Shown here one piece after another: positions 44,101 through 52,908 of a stretch of DNA of 52,908 bases. This DNA comes from Eledone cirrhosa (Eukaryota), in the NCBI GenBank assembly GCA_964016885.1, contig CAXHJY010000938.1, forward strand, positions 1 through 52,908, read 5' to 3'. A model generated the notes under the pieces. It did no database searches. It was given only the letters and a program-made list of their open reading frames with translations, and was not told the DNA's origin. A program made the translations under genes and the position numbers. The stretch's first letter is position 1; every line of letters begins with the position of its first letter.

Positions 44101-47100
44101 ATCACACCTAACACACTGGACAACTTACTACTGACTGACCTATCACACCTAACACACTGGACAACTTACTACTGACTGACCTATCACACCTAACACACTG
44201 GACAACTTACTGCTGACTGACCTATCACACCTAACACACTGGACAACTTACTACTGACTGACCTATCACACCTAACACACTGGACAACTTACTACTGACT
44301 GACCTATCACACCTAACACACTGGACAACTTACTACTGACTGACCTATCACACCTAACACACTGGACAACTTACTGCTGACTGACCTATCACACCTAACA
44401 CACTGGACAACTTACTACTGACTGACCTATCACACCTAACACACTGGACAACTTACTACTGACTGACCTATCACACCTAACACACTGGACAACTTACTGC
44501 TGACTGACCTATCACACCTAACACACTAGACAACTTACTACTGACTGACCTATCACACCTAACACACTGGACAACTTACTGCTGACTGACCTATCACACC
44601 TAACACACTAGACAACTTACTACTGACTGACCTATCACACCTAACACACTGGACAACTTACTGCTGACTGACCTATCACACCTAACACACTGGACAACTT
44701 ACTGCTGACTGACCTATCACACCTAACACACTGGACAACTTACTACTGACTGACCTATCACACCTAACACACTGGACAACTTACTGCTGACTGACCTATC
44801 ACACCTAACACACTGGACAACTTACTACTGACTGACCTATCACACCTAACACACTGGACAACTTACTGCTGACTGACCTATCACACCTAACACACTGGAC
44901 AACTTACTACTGACTGACCTATCACACCTAACACACTGGACAACTTACTGCTGACTGACCTATCACACCTAACACACTGGACAACTTACTTCTGACTGAC
45001 CTATCACACCTAACACACTGGACAACTTACTGCTGACTGACCTATCACACCTAACACACTAGACAACTTACTACTGACTGACCTATCACACCTAACACAC
45101 TGGACAACTTACTACTGACTGACCTATCACACCTAACACACTGGACAACTTACTACTGACTGACCTATCACACCTAACACACTGGACAACTTACTGCTGA
45201 CTGACCTATCACACCTAACACACTGGACAACTTACTACTGACTGACCTATCACACCTAACACACTAGACAACTTACTACTGACTGACCTATCACACCTAA
45301 CACACTGGACAACTTACTACTGACTGACCTATCACACCTAACACACTGGACAACTTACTGCTGACTGACCTATCACACCTAACACACTGGACAACTTACT
45401 ACTGACTGACCTATCACACCTAACACACTGGATTACTTACTACTGACTGACCTATCACACCTAACACACTGGATTACTTACTACTGACTGACCTATCACA
45501 CCTAACACACTGGACAACTTACTGCTGACTGACCTATCACACCTAACACACTGGACAACTTACTACTGACTGACCTATCACACCTAACACACTGGATTAC
45601 TTACTACTGACTGACCTATCACACCTAACACACTGGACAACTTACTACTGACTGACCTATCACACCTAACACACTGGACAACTTACTACTGACTGACCTA
45701 TCACACCTAACACACTGGACAACTTACTGCTGACTGACCTATCACACCTAACACACTGGACAACTTACTACTGACTGACCTATCACACCTAACACACTGG
45801 ACAACTTACTACTGACTGACCTATCACACCTAACACACTGGACAACTTACTACTGACTGACCTATCACACCTAACACACTGGATGACTTACTACTGACTG
45901 ACCTATCACACCTAACACACTGGACAACTTACTACTGACTGACCTATCACACCTAACACACTGGACAACTTACTGCTGACTGACCTATCACACTGGACAA
46001 CTTACTACTGACTGACCTATCACACCTAACACACTGGACAACTTACTACTGACTGACCTATCACACCTAACACACTGGATGACTTACTACTGACTGACCT
46101 ATCACACCTAACACACTGGACTACTTACTACTGACTGACCTATCACACCTAACACACTGGACAACTTACTATTGACTGACCTATCACACCTATCACACTG
46201 GATGACTTACTACTGACTGACCTATCACACCTAACACACTGGACTACTTACTACTGACTGACCTATCACACCTAACACACTGGACAACTTACTATTGACT
46301 GACCTATCACACCTAACACACTGGACAACTTACTACTGACTGACCTATCACACCTAACACACTGGATGACTTACTACTGACTGACCTATCACACCTAACA
46401 CACTAGACAACTTACTACTGACTGACCTATCACAACTAACACACTGGACAACTTACTACTGACTGACCTATCACACTGGACTACTTACTACTGACTGACC
46501 TATCACACCTAACACACTGGACAACTTACTACTGACTGACCTATCACACCTAACACACTGGACTACTTACTACTGACTGACCTATCACACCTAACACACT
46601 GGACTACTTACTACTGACTGACCTATCACACCTAACACACTGGACAACTTACTACTGACTGACCTATCACACCTAACACACTGGACAACTTACTACTGAC
46701 TGACCTATCACACCTAACACACTGGACAACTTACTACTGACTGACCTATCACACCTAACACACTGGACAACTTACTACTGACTGACCTATCACACCTAAC
46801 ACACTGGACAACTTACTACTGACTGACCTATCACACCTAACACACTGGACTACTTACTACTGACTGACCTATCACACCTAACACACTGGACAACTTACTA
46901 CTGACTGACCTATCACACCTAACACACTGGACAACTTACTACTGACTGACCTATCACACCTAACACACTGGACAACTTACTACTGACTGACCTATCACAC
47001 CTAACACACTGGACAACTTACTACTGACTGACCTATCACACCTAACACACTGGACAACTTACTACTGACTGACCTATCACACCTAACACACTGGACAACT

Positions 47101-50100
47101 TACTACTGACTGACCTATCACACCTAACACACTGGACAACTTACTACTGACTGACCTATCACACCTAACACACTGGACAACTTACTACTGACTGACCTAT
47201 CACACCTAACACACTGGACAACTTACTACTGACTGACCTATCACACCTAACACACTGGACAACTTACTACTGACTGACCTATCACACCTAACACACTGGA
47301 CAACTTACTACTGACTGACCTATCACACCTAACACACTGGACAACTTACTGCTGACTGACCTATCACACCTAACACACTGGACAACTTACTACTGACTGA
47401 CCTATCACACCTAACACACTCGACAACTTACTACTGACTGACCTATCACACCTAACACACTGGACAACTTACTACTGACTGACCTATCACACCTAACACA
47501 CTGGACAACTTACTACTGACTGACCTATCACACCTAACACACTGGACTACTTACTACTGACTGACCTATCACACCTAACACACTGGACAACTTACTACTG
47601 ACTGACCTATCACACCTAACACACTGGACAACTTACTGCTGACTGACCTATCACACCTAACACACTGGATTACTTACTACTGACTGACCTATCACACCTA
47701 ACACACTGGACAACTTACTACTGACTGACCTATCACACCTAACACACTGGATTACTTACTACTGACTGACCTATCACACCTAACACACTGGACAACTTAC
47801 TGCTGACTGACCTATCACACCTAACACACTGGACAACTTACTACTGACTGACCTATCACACCTAACACACTGGACAACTTACTACTGACTGACCTATCAC
47901 ACCTAACACACTGGACAACTTACTACTGACTGACCTATCACACCTAACACACTGGACAACTTACTACTGACTGACCTATCACACCTAACACACTGGACAA
48001 CTTACTACTGACTGACCTATCACACCTAAGACACTGGACAACTTACTACTGACTGACCTATCACACCTAACACACTGGATGACTTACTACTGACTGACCT
48101 ATCACACCTAACACACTGGACAACTTACCACTGACTGACCTATCACACCTAACACACTGGACAACTTACTACTGACTGACCTATCACACCTAACACACTG
48201 GACAACTTACTACTGACTGACCTATCACACCTAACACACTGGATGACTTACTACTGACTGACCTATCACACCTAACACACTGGACAACTTACTACTGACT
48301 GACCTATCACACCTAACACACTGGATTACTTACTACTGACTGACCTATCACACCTAACACACTGGACTACTTACTGCTGACTGACCTATCACACCTAACA
48401 CACTAGACAACTTACTACTGACTGACCTATCACACCTAACACACTGGACAACTTACTACTGACTGACCTATCACACCTAACACACTGGACTACTTACTGC
48501 TGACTGACCTATCACACCTAACACACTGGATTACTTACTACTGACTGACCTATCACACCTAACACACTGGACAACTTACTGCTGACTGACCTATCACACC
48601 TAACACACTGGACAACTTACTACTGACTGACCTATCACACCTAACACACTGGACAACTTACTACTGACTGACCTATCACACCTAACACACTGGACAACTT
48701 ACTACTGACTGACCTATCACACCTAACACACTGGACAACTTACTACTGACTGACCTATCACACCTAACACACTGGACAACTTACTACTGACTGACCTATC
48801 ACACCTAACACACTGGATGACTTACTACTGACTGACCTATCACACCTAACACACTGGATGAATTACTACTGACTGACCTATCACACCTAACACACTGGAC
48901 AACTTACTACTGACTGACCTATCACACCTAACACACTGGATGACTTACTACTGACTGACCTATCACACCTAACACACTGGACAACTTACTGCTGACTGAC
49001 CTATCACACCTAACACACTGGACAACTTACTACTGACTGACCTATCACACCTAACACACTGGACAACTTACTGCTGACTGACCTATCACACCTAACACAC
49101 TGGACAACTTACTACTGACTGACCTATCACACCTAACACACTGGACAACTTACTACTGACTGACCTATCACACCTAACACACTGGACAACTTACTGCTGA
49201 CTGACCTATCACACCTAACACACTGGACAACTTACTACTGACTGACCTATCACACCTAACACACTGGACAACTTACTACTGACTGACCTATCACACCTAA
49301 CACACTGGACAACTTACTGCTGACTGACCTATCACACCTAACACACTGGACAACTTACTACTGACTGACCTATCACACCTAACACACTGGACAACTTACT
49401 ACTGACTGACCTATCACACCTAACACACTGGATTACTTACTACTGACTGACCTATCACACCTAACACACTGGACAACTTACTACTGACTGACCTATCACA
49501 CCTAACACACTGGACAACTTACTACTGACTGACCTATCACACCTAACACACTGGACAACTTACTGCTGACTGACCTATCACACCTAACACACTGGACAAC
49601 TTACTGCTGACTGACCTATCACACCTAACACACTAGACAACTTACTACTGACTGACCTATCACACCTAACACACTGGACAACTTACTCCTGACTGACCTA
49701 TCACACCTAACACACTAGACAACTTACTACTGACTGACCTATCACACCTAACACACTGGACAACTTACTGCTGACTGACCTATCACACCTAACACACTGG
49801 ACAACTTACTGCTGACTGACCTATCACACCTAACACACTGGACAACTTACTACTGACTGACCTATCACACCTAACACACTGGACAACTTACTGCTGACTG
49901 ACCTATCACACCTAACACACTGGACAACTTACTACTGACTGACCTATCACACCTAACACACTGGACAACTTACTGCTGACTGACCTATCACACCTAACAC
50001 ACTGGACAACTTACTACTGACTGACCTATCACACCTAACACACTGGACAACTTACTGCTGACTGACCTATCACACCTAACACACTGGACAACTTACTACT

Positions 50101-52908
50101 GACTGACCTATCACACCTAACACACTGGACAACTTACTGCTGACTGACCTATCACACCTAACACACTGGACAACTTACTACTGACTGACCTATCACACCT
50201 AACACACTGGACAACTTACTACTGACTGACCTATCACACCTAACACACTGGACAACTTACTACTGACTGACCTATCACACCTAACACACTGGACAACTTA
50301 CTGCTGACTGACCTATCACACCTAACACACTGGACAACTTACTACTGACTGACCTATCACACCTAACACACTGGACAACTTACTGCTGACTGACCTATCA
50401 CACCTAACACACTGGACAACTTACTACTGACTGACCTATCACACCTAACACACTGGACAACTTACTGCTGACTGACCTATCACACCTAACACACTGGACA
50501 ACTTACTACTGACTGACCTATCACACCTAACACACTGGACAACTTACTACTGACTGACCTATCACACCTAACACACTGGACAACTTACTACTGACTGACC
50601 TATCACACCTAACACACTGGACAACTTACTGCTGACTGACCTATCACACCTAACACACTGGACAACTTACTACTGACTGACCTATCACACCTAACACACT
50701 GGACAACTTACTAGCTGACTGACCTATCACACCTAACACACTGGACAACTTACTACTGACTGACCTATCACACCTAACACACTGGACAACTTACTACTGA
50801 CTGACCTATCACACCTAACACACTGGACAACTTACTACTGACTGACCTATCACACCTAACACACTGGACAACTTACTACTGACTGACCTATCACACCTAA
50901 CACACTGGACAACTTACTACTGACTGACCTATCACACCTAACACACTGGACAACTTACTACTGACTGACCTATCACACCTAACACACTGGACAACTTACT
51001 ACTGACTGACCTATCACACCTAACACACTGGACAACTTACTACTGACTGACCTATCACACCTAACACACTGGACAACTTACTGCTGACTGACCTATCACA
51101 CCTAACACACTGGACAACTTACTACTGACTGACCTATCACACCTAACACACTAGACAACTTACTGCTGACTGACCTATCACACCTAACACACTGGACAAC
51201 TTACTACTGACTGACCTATCACACCTAACACACTGGACAACTTACTGCTGACTGACCTATCACACCTAACACACTGGACAACTTACTACTGACTGACCTA
51301 TCACACCTAACACACTGGACAACTTACTGCTGACTGACCTATCACACCTAACACACTGGACAACTTACTACTGACTGACCTATCACACCTAACACACTGG
51401 ACAACTTACTGCTGACTGACCTATCACACCTAACACACTGGACAACTTACTACTGACTGACCTATCACACCTAACACACTGGACAACTTACTGCTGACTG
51501 ACCTATCACACCTAACACACTAGACAACTTACTACTGACTGACCCTATCACACCTAACACACTGGACAACTTACTACTGACTGACCTATCACACCTAACA
51601 CACTGGACAACTTACTGCTGACTGACCTATCACACCTAACACACTGGACAACTTACTACTGACTGACCTATCACACCTAACACACTGGACAACTTACTAC
51701 TGACTGACCTATCACACCTAACACACTGGACAACTTACTACTGACTGACCTATCACACCTAACACACTGGACAACTTACTACTGACTGACCTATCACACC
51801 TAACACACTGGACAACTTACTACTGACTGACCTATCACACCTAACACACTGACAACTTACTACTGACTGACCTATCACACCTAACACACTGGACAACTTA
51901 CTACTGACTGACCTATCACACCTAACACACTGGACAACTTACTGCTGACTGACCTATCACACCTAACACACTGGACTACTTACTACTGACTGACCTATCA
52001 CACCTAACACACTGGACAACTTACTACTGACTGACCTATCACACCTAACACACTGGACAACTTACTGCTGACTGACCTATCACACCTAACACACTGGACA
52101 ACTTACTACTGACTGACCTATCACACCTAACACACTGGACAACTTACTAGCTGACTGACCTATCACACCTAACACACTGGACTACTTACTACTGACTGAC
52201 CCTATCACACCTAACACACTGGACAACTTACTACTGACTGACCCTATCACACCTAACACACTGGACAACTTACTAACTGGACTGACCTATCACACCTAAC
52301 ACACTGGACAACTTACTGCTGACTGACCTATCACACCTAACACACTTGACAACTTACTACTGACTGCCCTATCACACCTAACACACTGGACAACTTACTA
52401 CTGACTGACCTATCACACCTAACACACTGGACAACTTACTACTGACTTGACCTATCACACCTAACACACTGGACAACTTACTGCTGACTGACCTATCACA
52501 CCTAACACACTGGACAACTTACTACTGACTGACCTATCACACCTAACACACTGGACAACTTACTGCTGACTGACCTATCACACCCTAACACACTGGACTA
52601 CTTACTACTGACTGACCTATCACAACCTAACACACTGGACATACTTACTACTGACTGACACCTATCACACCTAACACACTGGATTACTTACTACTGACTG
52701 ACCTATCACACCTAACACACTGGACAACTTACTGCTGACTGACCTATCACACCTAACACACTGGACAACTTTACTACTGACTGACCTATCACACCTAACA
52801 CACTGGACAACTTACTGCTGACTGACCTATCACACCTAACACACTTGGACTACTTACTCTGACTGCCCTATCACACCTAACACACTGGACAACTTACTAC
52901 TGACTGAC
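23109..52908. repeat. 41-bp satellite array, about 730 copies, consensus CTGACTGACCTATCACACCTAACACACTGGACAACTTACTA
   Basis: Period 41 (e.g. unit starts at 23191 and 23232). 32-bp deletion variants occur. The array runs to the window end. Confidence 0.98.

Noticed and set aside
23109-52908. CRISPR array
   Set aside because: Head-to-tail monomers with no unique spacers, no cas genes, and a eukaryotic context.
23109-52908. Splice-signal-like words in the monomer (TACTGAC and CTAAC on plus; GTAAGT and AGGTCAGT on minus)
   Set aside because: Short motifs in a single 41-bp unit multiplied by amplification; no evidence of transcription or function.

Overview
Eukaryotic, repeat-dominated window with no recognisable host gene. 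The microsatellite load and LINE types fit an invertebrate such as a mollusc or cephalopod (inference only). Layout: 1-9.6 kb compound (GGT)n-ATT-(GTT)m satellite with higher-order periods. 9.7-17.5 kb (TA)n tracts hosting five retroelement-derived inserts: an RTE 3' fragment with a 5' inversion, a short internally deleted RTE with an HDV-like ribozyme candidate and a C2H2 finger remnant, a non-coding insert ending in a Penelope-type hammerhead ribozyme, a 5'-truncated CR1-type LINE with an open RT frame, and a Rex3/Expander-like RTE 3' end. 17.3-18.7 kb further simple repeats. 19.3-23.0 kb 27-bp minisatellite. 23.1-52.9 kb 41-bp satellite with kb-scale internal duplications. Almost all long ORFs in the track are artefacts of stop-free repeats. 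All family assignments come from motifs read by eye; no database search was run.
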